A DNA stretch of 64,000 nt from an uncultured Acidobacteriaceae bacterium (lineage in GTDB: Bacteria > Acidobacteriota > Terriglobia > Terriglobales > Acidobacteriaceae): contig CAVYBF010000013.1 of assembly GCA_963766625.1 (NCBI GenBank), positions 89,987 to 153,986 on the forward strand, given 5' to 3'. Positions 9,289-18,954 of the stretch are shown here, one piece after another (the first letter of the stretch is position 1; each line of letters starts with the position of its first letter). The notes under the pieces are model-generated. The model made no database searches. It saw only the letters and a list, made by a program, of their open reading frames with translations, and was not told the origin of the DNA. The translations under genes were made by a program, and so were the position numbers.

Positions 9289-12200
9289 ATGCGCTCCCGG
9301 AATTCACTCACCCTGATTTCTGCTCTTGCGTTTGTCCTGCTCTTGCCCCAATTTTTGTTCGCCCAGTACGCCATCAGCAGCGTTGCCGGCGGCGGTCCAA
9401 ATAATCTAACGGAACTTAGCGCGAGCATCGGCTATCCAGGCAGCATCGCATTCGATACGGCAGGCAACGCCTACATCGCAGATTCTTACTCCAGCCACAT
9501 TTTCAAAGTGGATACGAGCGGCAATCTCACCTTGGTCGCGGGCAACGGCACGCGCGGCTACTCCGGCGACGGCGGACCTGCAACCAATGCGGCGCTTAAC
9601 GGTCCTGAAGGTGTGTTCGTAGATGGCTCGGGAGACATCTTCATCGCCGACACTGAGAATTCTGTGATTCGCGAGATCACAGCTTCGAATGGCAACATCA
9701 CCACGGTCGCCGGTAATGGCATTGCCGGCTACTCTGGCGATGGCGGCGATGCGACTCGTGCGCAGCTCGACAGTCCTTACGGCGTTTTTGTCGATGGCTC
9801 GGGAAACATCTTTATTGCCGACACATTCAATTCCGCGATTCGCAAGGTTGTGGCGGGTACGATTCAGACGGTGGCCGGGAACGGCATGACCTGTGCCGAC
9901 CCCACGACGCCCTGCGGCGACGGCGGCGCCGCAACCAGCGCACAACTCGACCTTCCAGAAGGCGTATTTGTCGACGGCACCGGAAACATTTTCATCGCGG
10001 ATACAGACAGCAGCCGCATCCGCGTTGTGAATACCAGTAGCGCGCAGATTACGATTGCCAATATTCCGATTCCGGCAGGCGACATTCAAACCGTGGCCGG
10101 AGCCTACTACGATTCGTCCGAGGGTAGCGCATGTCAGGACAGCGGGGATAACGGGGCCGCAACCACCGCATATCTATGCGAGCCGTCGGGAGTGTTCGTC
10201 GACAACTCGGAGAATATTTACATCGCCGACACATCCAACTTTGCGATCCGCGAGGTTGTAACCAGCGGCAACATTTCAACCATCGCGGGCACGCTGGGAA
10301 CGGCTGGTTATAGCGGAGACGGCGGACCTGCGACGAGCGCAGAACTGAACTATCCGAACGCCGTTTGGGTCGATGCTTCGGCCGACATTTTCATTGCCGA
10401 CACAGATAACTTCGTGATTCGCGAAGTCACGGCGGGCAACATTAATACCGCCATGGGAAACAATACCCCGTCCTACTCCGGCGATGGCGCGACGGCGGTG
10501 AATGCAGAATTGAATTCTCCGGCAGGCGTCGTCATTGACGGCGCAGGCAACATCTTCATCGCCGATTCGGCTAACTCTGCGATTCGCGAAGTGGTGGCGA
10601 CTTCTGGCCAGATACAAACCGTGGCTGGGAGCACTACGATCTGCGCTTCTTCAACTGCTCTGTGCGGAGATGGTGGGCTCGCCACCAGCGCGCAGCTCAA
10701 CACTCCTCAAGGCGTGTTCCTGGATGCTTCCGGAAACATTTACATCGCAGACACTGAGGACAATCGAATCCGTGTGGTCAATACCAGCGCCGCCTCAGCC
10801 ATCATTGCTGGTGTAACGATCGCGCAGGGCTACATCGCAACCGTCGCCGGGACTGGAACGGGCGGCTATAGCGGCGACTCTGGACCTGCAATCAGTGCGG
10901 AGCTTGGCAATCCTTACGGAGTATTCGTAGATGGCGCGGGGAACATCTTTATTGCCGATACCGGCAACAATGTAATTCGCGAGGTATCCACGAGCGGCAC
11001 CATTACTACCGTGGCCGGCAACAACACGGAGTGCACTCCAGCAACCTCAACTTGCGGCGATGGCGGCGCTGCCACCAGCGCGCAGCTTAGTTTTCCCGCC
11101 GGAGTGTTCGTCGATGCGGCGGAAGATATCTTCATCGCCGATACGTTTGACAATCGCATTCGCGAAGTCACAGCTTCGAACAGCGTCATTAATACGGTGG
11201 CCGGCAACGGTACTCGGGGCTACGCGGGCGACGGCGCCGCGGCCACCCAGGCAAACCTGGATAGTCCTTACGGAGTGTTCGTCGATCTCTCGGGAGATAT
11301 TTTCATCGCGGACACCGAAAATTCTGTGATTCGCGAAGTCGTCGCAGCCAACGGAAACATTGAGACTGTAGCGGGCAACAATACGCCCGGCTTCTCGGGC
11401 GATGGACTGCAGGCAACCAGCGCGGAACTCAATTCGCCCTCGGGCGTTTTTGGCACACCGGCCGGCAATCTGTTTGTAGCCGATACAGAAAACCAACGCA
11501 TCCGTGAACTGGTACCGGCGATCTTTGTCACAATTACACCGAATCCGATCAATGTGGTGGTTGGCGCTCAACAGCAATTTACGGCGGCCGTCACTGGAAC
11601 GAGTAATACTGCGGTCACCTGGCAAGTGAATGGAGCGGCCGGCGGCAACTCTACGGTGGGAACAATCTCCACTTCCGGACTGTATCAGGCGCCAGCGACG
11701 GTCCCGGCGCCAGCCACAATCACCATCACCGCAATTTCAGCGGCTGATGGCACGACCTCAGGATTGGCTCAGATAACCATTGTCACCGCCAACAACAATA
11801 TTACCGTCGCGGTAAGTTCCGGCGGCGCAAGTCAGGTCTACACCACCACTACTCAACAATTCACTGCGACCGTAACCGGAACCAGCAACCAGGCAGTCAA
11901 TTGGTATGTGGAAGGATCAGCAGGCGGCAACGCGACATTCGGAACTATCGATGGTTCGGGACTCTATACTGCACCGGCTGGAGTACCCACATCGGCAAGC
12001 ATCACCATTACGGCATTCTCGCAGCAAGCGTCGAACGCCTTCGGCACGGCGGCAATCACAATCATCACTGTTCCCTCTGCGGCGCAGCCTGCGCCGCAAA
12101 CCATTTCTCCTGGAGGAACGGCAACCTATTCGCTTCTGCTCAATGAAAATACGGGCGCCCCGGGTAAGCCGATTACGCTTTCCTGTTCACAAACCACGTT

Positions 12201-12588
12201 ACCGCAAAACGCCACCTGCACGTTTAGTCCCGCGAAGATTACGCCAGGACCGCAGGCGGTTGCTTTCTCGCTGACCATCGCCGTCCCTGCGAGTTCTGCG
12301 TCACTGGAAAATCTCAACAAGTCGCGGCTCCAGTTCTACGTTGCTTTCTTCCCGCTGGCGGGCATTGTATTTGCTGGTTTCGGACGCAGAAAAAAACAAC
12401 CACGCTGTATTGGAATATTGGCACTGTGCGTGTTTCTGATGCTGCTGGTTGGTTGCGGCGGAGTGAGTTCTCCTCATTCGACTCCCACGAATCCAGACCT
12501 TGGCACTTACAACGTCAAAGTTCAAGGAGTAACCTTAGCCCAGCCGAATCCCGTGACCATCACGATTGTCGGTCTGACAGTGCAATAA
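9289..12588 (+). CDS. large surface protein: 12 NHL repeats (two six-bladed propellers) plus Ig-like domains and a C-terminal membrane segment
   Basis: It has a signal peptide. There are twelve units of about 45-60 aa of the form GYSGDGGPAT.AQLN.P.GVFVD..GNIFIADT.N..IREV. Two Ig-like domains follow (..QQFTAAVTGTSNTAVTWQVNG..). The hydrophobic C-terminus reads FFPLAGIVFAGFGRRKK. Confidence 0.85.
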   Translation: MRSRNSLTLISALAFVLLLPQFLFAQYAISSVAGGGPNNLTELSASIGYPGSIAFDTAGNAYIADSYSSHIFKVDTSGNLTLVAGNGTRGYSGDGGPATNAALNGPEGVFVDGSGDIFIADTENSVIREITASNGNITTVAGNGIAGYSGDGGDATRAQLDSPYGVFVDGSGNIFIADTFNSAIRKVVAGTIQTVAGNGMTCADPTTPCGDGGAATSAQLDLPEGVFVDGTGNIFIADTDSSRIRVVNTSSAQITIANIPIPAGDIQTVAGAYYDSSEGSACQDSGDNGAATTAYLCEPSGVFVDNSENIYIADTSNFAIREVVTSGNISTIAGTLGTAGYSGDGGPATSAELNYPNAVWVDASADIFIADTDNFVIREVTAGNINTAMGNNTPSYSGDGATAVNAELNSPAGVVIDGAGNIFIADSANSAIREVVATSGQIQTVAGSTTICASSTALCGDGGLATSAQLNTPQGVFLDASGNIYIADTEDNRIRVVNTSAASAIIAGVTIAQGYIATVAGTGTGGYSGDSGPAISAELGNPYGVFVDGAGNIFIADTGNNVIREVSTSGTITTVAGNNTECTPATSTCGDGGAATSAQLSFPAGVFVDAAEDIFIADTFDNRIREVTASNSVINTVAGNGTRGYAGDGAAATQANLDSPYGVFVDLSGDIFIADTENSVIREVVAANGNIETVAGNNTPGFSGDGLQATSAELNSPSGVFGTPAGNLFVADTENQRIRELVPAIFVTITPNPINVVVGAQQQFTAAVTGTSNTAVTWQVNGAAGGNSTVGTISTSGLYQAPATVPAPATITITAISAADGTTSGLAQITIVTANNNITVAVSSGGASQVYTTTTQQFTATVTGTSNQAVNWYVEGSAGGNATFGTIDGSGLYTAPAGVPTSASITITAFSQQASNAFGTAAITIITVPSAAQPAPQTISPGGTATYSLLLNENTGAPGKPITLSCSQTTLPQNATCTFSPAKITPGPQAVAFSLTIAVPASSASLENLNKSRLQFYVAFFPLAGIVFAGFGRRKKQPRCIGILALCVFLMLLVGCGGVSSPHSTPTNPDLGTYNVKVQGVTLAQPNPVTITIVGLTVQ

Positions 12589-12590
12589 CA

Positions 12591-14189
12591 ATGACGACGA
12601 CAACGACAGCGGCGGACGAAAAACATTTTGCCCACCTCGACAGACTCCAGAGGACAACTTCCACGGAGGGAGTCGAGACTTTGAGCTTAGCGCAGGAGTT
12701 GCGGGGATTATTGCAGCGACGCTTCATCCGGATGATGGTTTTGACCGGCTTGCTGACCGGCGTGGCGGCGCGCGCCATGTACCTGAAGTTCTCGGTTCTC
12801 GATCTCGATATCTGGTGGCATATAAAGGTTGGCGACTGGATCATCGAGCACCACGCTTTCCCTCACACCGGAATCCTTTCACGAACGGCGGCCGACCGCC
12901 CATGGGCGGCTTACAGTTGGGGTTATGAGCTGCTACTGTCGCGCGCCTATGCGTGGTTCGGATTAGTCGGCGTCGGAATTTTTGGGACCCTGCTGACGGT
13001 CGGCGTTGCATACGCCGTTTACTGGATGGTACGCACCCTTTCCGGGAAGTTCTGGGTTGCGTGCATTCTGGCCACGATCACTTGCTCGGCCTTCCTGTTC
13101 AGCCTGATGCCGCGTCCGGTTTTTCTATCGATGGTCTTCTACGCGGTGACGCTGGCTCTGATTCTGGAGGCGCAGCGCGATGGCCGTGCGCACGGACTGT
13201 ACTGGCTGCCGTTGGTATTTCTGGTATGGGCGAACTGCCACATTCAGTTTGTTTACGGCCTCTTCGTCGTCGGACTCTTTGCCGCAGTCCATGTGCTTCA
13301 ACAATTCGGCGGCCACATCGGCATCAGACTGGATTTCGCGTCGCCCTCAATGCTGCCTGCCAGTAGATTGTTGATCATCTTCGCTGCGTGCGCGCTCGCT
13401 ACCTGCGCGGGACCCTACACCTATCACCTTTATCCCATAGTTTTTTCGTACGCGGGTTCGACATTTCCTTACGCTTTCATCCGCGAATTTCGCCCTCTTA
13501 GCTTTCGCGCGGTCAGTCACTATGTGGAACTATTGCTCGCCGGCGCAGCATTCTTCGCTCTTGGACGACAGAAACGTGTCGATCTTTTCAAACTCGCGCT
13601 GCTGGCTGTAACCAGTGTCGTCGCCTTCCGCACCATGCGCGACTCCTGGTTCCTCTGCATCGCTGCCGCTGCCTGTATTGCGGACTCCCGGGGTAAGGAA
13701 GATCCCAGGCAGGACGATGAACGCGAACCCAACGAAACTTTTTTCGAGAAAGCGGGCTTGGCGGTAGCACTTGCCCTGCTCATCTATCTGATCGCCCTAA
13801 ACACCGATTTCAACACTCGCGGCCTGGACGACGCCATGAGCAGTGTGTTCCCCGTGAGAGCCGTGAACTTTCTTCGGCAACATCCGCAGCCCGGGCCGCT
13901 CTACAACAATTTCGACTGGGGCGGATTTCTCACCTGGTACATGCCGGACTATCCGGTCGCAATCGACGGACGCACCGATCTCTACGGCGACCAACTCGAC
14001 TTTCTATTTTTCAATTCGGAAAAGGGTAACCCTTCCTACGTCACCGACCCTTACTTGAATGAGGCGGGCGTAATTCTTCTGGATAAAAGTAAATCGCTGG
14101 CCGCCATTTTGAACTCGGATCAGCGGTTTCAGAAGATCTACGAAGATCGCCTTGCAGTGGTATTTGTGCGGAGTCCATCCCAGCCTTAA
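12591..14189 (+). CDS. polytopic membrane protein, GT-C-fold glycosyltransferase-like (function uncertain)
   Basis: The ATG at 12591 lies 2 nt after the NHL stop; the upstream part of the track ORF overlaps the NHL gene. It has more than 10 predicted TM helices, an early loop with LDLDIWWHIKVGDW, and a C-terminal soluble domain. Confidence 0.6.
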   Translation: MTTTTTAADEKHFAHLDRLQRTTSTEGVETLSLAQELRGLLQRRFIRMMVLTGLLTGVAARAMYLKFSVLDLDIWWHIKVGDWIIEHHAFPHTGILSRTAADRPWAAYSWGYELLLSRAYAWFGLVGVGIFGTLLTVGVAYAVYWMVRTLSGKFWVACILATITCSAFLFSLMPRPVFLSMVFYAVTLALILEAQRDGRAHGLYWLPLVFLVWANCHIQFVYGLFVVGLFAAVHVLQQFGGHIGIRLDFASPSMLPASRLLIIFAACALATCAGPYTYHLYPIVFSYAGSTFPYAFIREFRPLSFRAVSHYVELLLAGAAFFALGRQKRVDLFKLALLAVTSVVAFRTMRDSWFLCIAAAACIADSRGKEDPRQDDEREPNETFFEKAGLAVALALLIYLIALNTDFNTRGLDDAMSSVFPVRAVNFLRQHPQPGPLYNNFDWGGFLTWYMPDYPVAIDGRTDLYGDQLDFLFFNSEKGNPSYVTDPYLNEAGVILLDKSKSLAAILNSDQRFQKIYEDRLAVVFVRSPSQP

Positions 14190-14379
14190 GCGAGCCGCCT
14201 ATCTGCAGTCTGTCTGCAGCGAATCACGCATTTCCTCGCGCTACCAGGGAAATGTAAATAACTCACCGCGAGTGGTGTCTGCGGTCACTGACAAGCAAAA
14301 TCGAAAGGTGAAAAACTTTCCTTGATCTTCGTGGACGTGCTCCCTATGTACGATCCGGTCTCAATGATCTGTCCTTTCG

Positions 14380-14402
14380 AGCGCCGCTAGCGGCGCTTTT
14401 TT
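14380..14402 (+). terminator. rho-independent terminator-like hairpin
   Basis: There is a perfect 18-nt palindrome AGCGCCGCTAGCGGCGCT followed by a T6 run. Confidence 0.55.
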
Positions 14403-14659
14403 ACTTTTCTCCTCCCCCCGGACCTTTTCGAAGGCCGTCATGAACGCCTCTTCCGGAAATTATCTGGTGCGATGTCCGTGGTTCGAAGGCAAAGGGCAGA
14501 TCCGTTGTCCTCGGATAAGGCGTCAGACTGGCCAACCGCTAAATCGAGTACCCGCTCAACCCTTAGCGCGCAGATTCGCTCGCCCTGCCACTCGACACAA
14601 AAGCCTAAAAACCAAGCGTTGAATTGATAAGCCCATTGTTTATGGGCGGGAGATCATTT

Positions 14660-17600
14660 ATGCACAAACGATTCGGCAGTCTCTCGTCATCTGTCCTGAT
14701 TCCGCATGTTTCGTTCATTTTCCTGTTTTCGGCGTTACTGGCCGTGCTCGGCATGGTCCTGCCAATCTCGCTATGCGCACAGACGGTCGACACAACGATC
14801 AGCCTGCCGGCAGAGATTCCGCGCGGAGTGGCGGTCAACCCCGTAACCAATAAGATCTACGTTGCCAACTCTCAAACCGACAATGTGACTGTAATCGACG
14901 GGGCCAGCGACAACAGCACAACCGTTGCGGTCGGATCCACCCCGTTCGCGATCGCCGTCAATGCGGAAACCAACCAAATCTATGCGGCCAACTACAATAG
15001 CAACAACGTGAGCGTGATCGACGGGCCGAGTAACACCGTCGTCGCGACCGTCAGCACAGGAGTAAATCCCAGCGCAGTAGCAGTTAACCCGATCACCAAC
15101 ACAATCTATGTTGCGGACTCTGGTGACAACACTGTGACCGTCATCCACGGCACCAGCAACATACCCCAGGTTGTTTCGGTCGGAGCGTATCCCTACGCCA
15201 TAGCGGTGAATCCCGTGAGCAACAAGATTTACGTTGCCAATCTGGTGGGGATCACGCTCTCCGTGATCGACGGAAACAGCAACCTGGTGGTCGCCACGGT
15301 CCCCACCGGATTTTTCCCCAGGGAGGTCGCGGTCAATCCAGTGACCAACACAATTTACGTCATCAATGATAGCGATAACACTGTGTCCGTGATCGCCGGA
15401 AGCAGCAATACCGCCGTCGCTACGGTCCCAACCGGGGTTGAGCCTTATGCCATCGCCTTGAACCCGGTAACCAACAAAATCTATGTCGCCAATAATATTG
15501 GCGGCTACGCCACTGTCATCGACGGAGCCACCAATGTTGCAAGCAGCATTCCCACGGGCGCTAACAGTTATGGGGTGGCGGTCAACCCAGTCACGAACCA
15601 GATTTATGTCAATAATCAGTTCACTGTGACTGCGATCGATGGGGGTACGAACAACACCACAGCAATCAGTACCAGTGCAATGCTTCCTGACATGATAGCC
15701 GTGAACCCCGTAACCAATAAGATCTATGCCGTCACAGTCGGTGGCACCGTAGCGGTAATCGACGGCTCGGTCAACAACACTGCCACCGTCTCCGCCGGGT
15801 ATTATCCCTTTGTGGCAGCGGTGAACCCCGTCACCAACAAAATCTATATTGGCTACGACAGCACGGCCGCTACGGGCGTTCTGGTAATCGATGGCGCGAC
15901 CGGCAACACCAGCACCATTAACACTGGCTCATTTCCTGCTTCCTTGGCGGTGAACCCGGTGACCAACAAGATTTACGTCGCTAATTGTGGTCAGGGCGGC
16001 ACCGTAACTGTGATTGACGGGGTCACTACCAACACAACCACGTTAAACGCCGGAGCCGGCGCTTGCGGGCTTGCAGTCAACCCGGCGACCGACAAGATTT
16101 ATGTTCCTCACGGTGGCGGCAACACCGTGACTGTAATCGACGGAGCCACCAACAATATGACCACGGTTCCAGGCGGGTCCGGCACCAGCGTCTTCGGGTT
16201 CAACGAGACAGCGGTCAATCCGGTGACCAATAAAATCTACGTTCCCAACTGGGCGAACGCTAATGTCACCGTGATCGACGGCGTCAGCAATACGAGCTCT
16301 ACAATCGGCGTCGGAAACAACCCCTATATGGCTGCCGTTAACGCGGTAACAAACAAAATATACGTCACGAATGACGGCGATAACACAGTAACGGTGATCG
16401 ACGGCGCCACTAACAACACCACGACCGTAAACGTTGGAAATCAGCCACTGGGGATTGCGGTTAACCCGATTACAAACAAGATCTACGTAGCAAACGTGTA
16501 CAGCAACAGCGTGACCGTCATCGACGGCTTAACTACAAACACCATCAATGTTCCGGTGGGCACATATCCCGAAACGGTTGCCGTCAACTCGGTGACCAAC
16601 CAAATATATGTGCCGAGTGTGTCCAATGACACCGTGACGGTGATCAATGGCGCCACCAATACCACCAGCACAGTGCCCGCTGGATTATTCGCCTATGGTT
16701 TGGCCATCAATCCGGTGACGAACCAAGTCTTTGTCCCAAATATGAACAGCTACAGCGTGACCATAATCACGCCCAATGCGCCGCAGAATATTCCGTTCAG
16801 CGTGCAGATGCAGGGAGTCACCGACTCGCTGACCATCAGCGGGCTGGCCATTTTCAGCACCTATAACAACAGTCCATCGTTCACGGCTACGGCAAACAGC
16901 AATTATGCTCCTACCGCTCCGGCGCCCAGCGCGCTGTACTACCAGCTCGACACTACGCAGGGCCCATGGCAGCCGGCGGTAAGCACTGGCCCAGGCGGAT
17001 ACAGCTTCTCTCTCGCCACTGTTCCGCAGGGCGTGCACATCGTGTATGCCTACTCCGTGTATGGCGATGAAGGAACGGCGGAGAGCAGTGGATACAGCAC
17101 TGGCAATTCGCCGGAGAGCAGTACCACTGCCGCCTATACATTTGCGGTTTTCTCACTGCCTACTGCAACTACGGTGACCGCAGATGTAAACCCACAAGTT
17201 CAGGGGCAGAACGTAACCTTCACCGCCGATGTCCAGCCGACATCGGGAACGGGAATACCCACAGGGGCGGTAACATTCTTCGACGGCTCAACCAAGCTTG
17301 ACGTGGCGAGCTTGGATGGCAGCGGGCATGCGGTATTCGCTACCACCGCTCTGGCAGAGGGCTGGCATTCGATTACCGCGGCGTACAATGGCGACACCAA
17401 CTTCGCTGGCAGCGCGTCCGTACTCACCGAGCAAATCACTCCGATTCTGGTCTACATCGCCGTCAGTCCGGCAAGCCCGACTCTCTCGCTTCCCGGGACA
17501 GTGCAGCTCATCGCAAGTGGCTACTACACTAATAACAATTCTCAGAACCTAACGACGACAGCGACCTGGATCTCCTCGAATCCAGGCGTGGCTACCGTCG

Positions 17601-18694
17601 CCTCGGGGTTGGTAACTGCCGTGGCTTCTGGCACCACGAACATCACTGCCATTTTCTCCGGCATCACCAGCAACTCTGCGGTTGTAACAGTCCCAGTGCA
17701 GAATCCCGCTGCAGCTCCAATCTTCTCGCCATTCCCGTCTAACTACACCGCGCCGCAGACCGTGAAACTCACGGACACCAGCGCGGGTGTGACGATCTAT
17801 TACACTACGGACGGCTCGATGCCGTCGGCTACTCACGGGACCGCCGTTGCGTCAGGGTCGTCGATTACGCTCACTGGAACGACTACCATTAACGCAATGG
17901 CTGCGGGTGGCAATTACGGTCCAGGTGCGGTCAGCAGCGGAACTTATACGCTGCAGTCCGCGACTCCGGGCTTCTCGCCGTTCCCCTCCAGCTACAATCC
18001 ACCACAAACCGTGAAGCTGACGGATTCCACGCCGAATGCGAGCATTTACTACACCACGGATGGCTCTACGCCATCTGCTAACAATGGGATCCTCTATTCG
18101 GCTCCGATTACGCTCACGACAAGCATGACCATCAAGGCCATCGCAATCGGGACCGGTTTGAGTTCGAGTGGCGTGGCCACGGGGATCTACACCCTGCAGG
18201 CCATGACCCCGGGCTTCTCGCCGTTCCCCTCCAGCTACAACCCACCGCAAACCGTGAAGCTGTCAGATTCCACTCCGAATACGAGCATCTACTACACCGT
18301 AGATGGCTCCACGCCATCTGCTACGAACGGGAGTCTCTATTCGGGGCCGATTACGCTCACGGCGGCAAGCACTCCCATCAAAGCTGTTGCAATCGGGACT
18401 GGTTTGAGTTCGAGTAACGTGGCTAGTGGGACCTACACCCTGCAGGCCATGACTCCGGGCTTCTCGCCGTTCCCATCGAGCTACAGCACTCCACAAACTG
18501 TGAAGGTTTCAGATTCCACGTCGGGTGCGGCCATCTACTACACCACGGATGGCTCGACGCCGTCTGCCACAAACGGAACTCTCTATTCGGGGCCGATTGC
18601 GGTCACGACAACCACCACCATCAAAGCCGTCGCAGTTGGGACGGCGGGCTATAACTCAAGCGCGGTAGCCAGTGGAACCTATAGTATCCAGTGA
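14660..18694 (+). CDS. giant surface protein: about 16 YVTN-family beta-propeller repeats, Ig-like domains and 4 chitobiase/hexosaminidase-C-like domains
   Basis: The ATG at 14660 follows GGGAG, and a signal peptide is present (FLFSALLAVLGMVLPISLCAQ). The repeats have the form P.AVAVNPVTNKIYVAN...NTVTVIDG.TN. An Ig-like region follows (VTFTADVQP..GAVTFFDG). The protein ends with four units of about 81 aa, FSPFPS.Y..PQTVKL.D......IYYTTDGSTPS. Confidence 0.85.
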   Translation: MHKRFGSLSSSVLIPHVSFIFLFSALLAVLGMVLPISLCAQTVDTTISLPAEIPRGVAVNPVTNKIYVANSQTDNVTVIDGASDNSTTVAVGSTPFAIAVNAETNQIYAANYNSNNVSVIDGPSNTVVATVSTGVNPSAVAVNPITNTIYVADSGDNTVTVIHGTSNIPQVVSVGAYPYAIAVNPVSNKIYVANLVGITLSVIDGNSNLVVATVPTGFFPREVAVNPVTNTIYVINDSDNTVSVIAGSSNTAVATVPTGVEPYAIALNPVTNKIYVANNIGGYATVIDGATNVASSIPTGANSYGVAVNPVTNQIYVNNQFTVTAIDGGTNNTTAISTSAMLPDMIAVNPVTNKIYAVTVGGTVAVIDGSVNNTATVSAGYYPFVAAVNPVTNKIYIGYDSTAATGVLVIDGATGNTSTINTGSFPASLAVNPVTNKIYVANCGQGGTVTVIDGVTTNTTTLNAGAGACGLAVNPATDKIYVPHGGGNTVTVIDGATNNMTTVPGGSGTSVFGFNETAVNPVTNKIYVPNWANANVTVIDGVSNTSSTIGVGNNPYMAAVNAVTNKIYVTNDGDNTVTVIDGATNNTTTVNVGNQPLGIAVNPITNKIYVANVYSNSVTVIDGLTTNTINVPVGTYPETVAVNSVTNQIYVPSVSNDTVTVINGATNTTSTVPAGLFAYGLAINPVTNQVFVPNMNSYSVTIITPNAPQNIPFSVQMQGVTDSLTISGLAIFSTYNNSPSFTATANSNYAPTAPAPSALYYQLDTTQGPWQPAVSTGPGGYSFSLATVPQGVHIVYAYSVYGDEGTAESSGYSTGNSPESSTTAAYTFAVFSLPTATTVTADVNPQVQGQNVTFTADVQPTSGTGIPTGAVTFFDGSTKLDVASLDGSGHAVFATTALAEGWHSITAAYNGDTNFAGSASVLTEQITPILVYIAVSPASPTLSLPGTVQLIASGYYTNNNSQNLTTTATWISSNPGVATVASGLVTAVASGTTNITAIFSGITSNSAVVTVPVQNPAAAPIFSPFPSNYTAPQTVKLTDTSAGVTIYYTTDGSMPSATHGTAVASGSSITLTGTTTINAMAAGGNYGPGAVSSGTYTLQSATPGFSPFPSSYNPPQTVKLTDSTPNASIYYTTDGSTPSANNGILYSAPITLTTSMTIKAIAIGTGLSSSGVATGIYTLQAMTPGFSPFPSSYNPPQTVKLSDSTPNTSIYYTVDGSTPSATNGSLYSGPITLTAASTPIKAVAIGTGLSSSNVASGTYTLQAMTPGFSPFPSSYSTPQTVKVSDSTSGAAIYYTTDGSTPSATNGTLYSGPIAVTTTTTIKAVAVGTAGYNSSAVASGTYSIQ

Positions 18695-18705
18695 GCAGTG
18701 AATGC

Positions 18706-18747
18706 AGCCCGAGGCTGGCGCATAAGCCAGCCTCGGGCTTCTGTTCT
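18706..18747 (+). terminator. rho-independent terminator
   Basis: A 13-bp perfect stem GCCCGAGGCTGGC / GCCAGCCTCGGGC with a 6-nt loop is followed by a T-rich tract. It starts 12 nt after the stop of the YVTN gene. Confidence 0.75.
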
Positions 18748-18954
18748 TCGCCACAGAACTTCCTGAAATTCCGCCGCAGAATCCACCATCACTGAGAGAT
18801 TCGTCACAAACGAATGTGAACCGCGTCACGGCGCTCGATGCTCGAAGACTCTACCTTGAGCCTTTATTTGTCTTGTGGTGATCGCCTGGGCGTATCTGGC
18901 GCCAGCGAATCGCATCTGTAGATCAGCTCCGGAACGATCCACTCTGATAGCGAG

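Noticed and set aside
9406-11625. Several minus-strand and off-frame ORFs (up to 227 aa) within the NHL gene
   Set aside because: They are repetitive shadow frames created by the NHL repeat DNA. The plus-strand frame carries the coherent 12-repeat protein.
12426-12590. Upstream extension of the GT-C-like ORF (587-aa version)
   Set aside because: It overlaps the end of the NHL gene in another frame. The ATG at 12591, immediately after the NHL stop, gives a sensible N-terminus.
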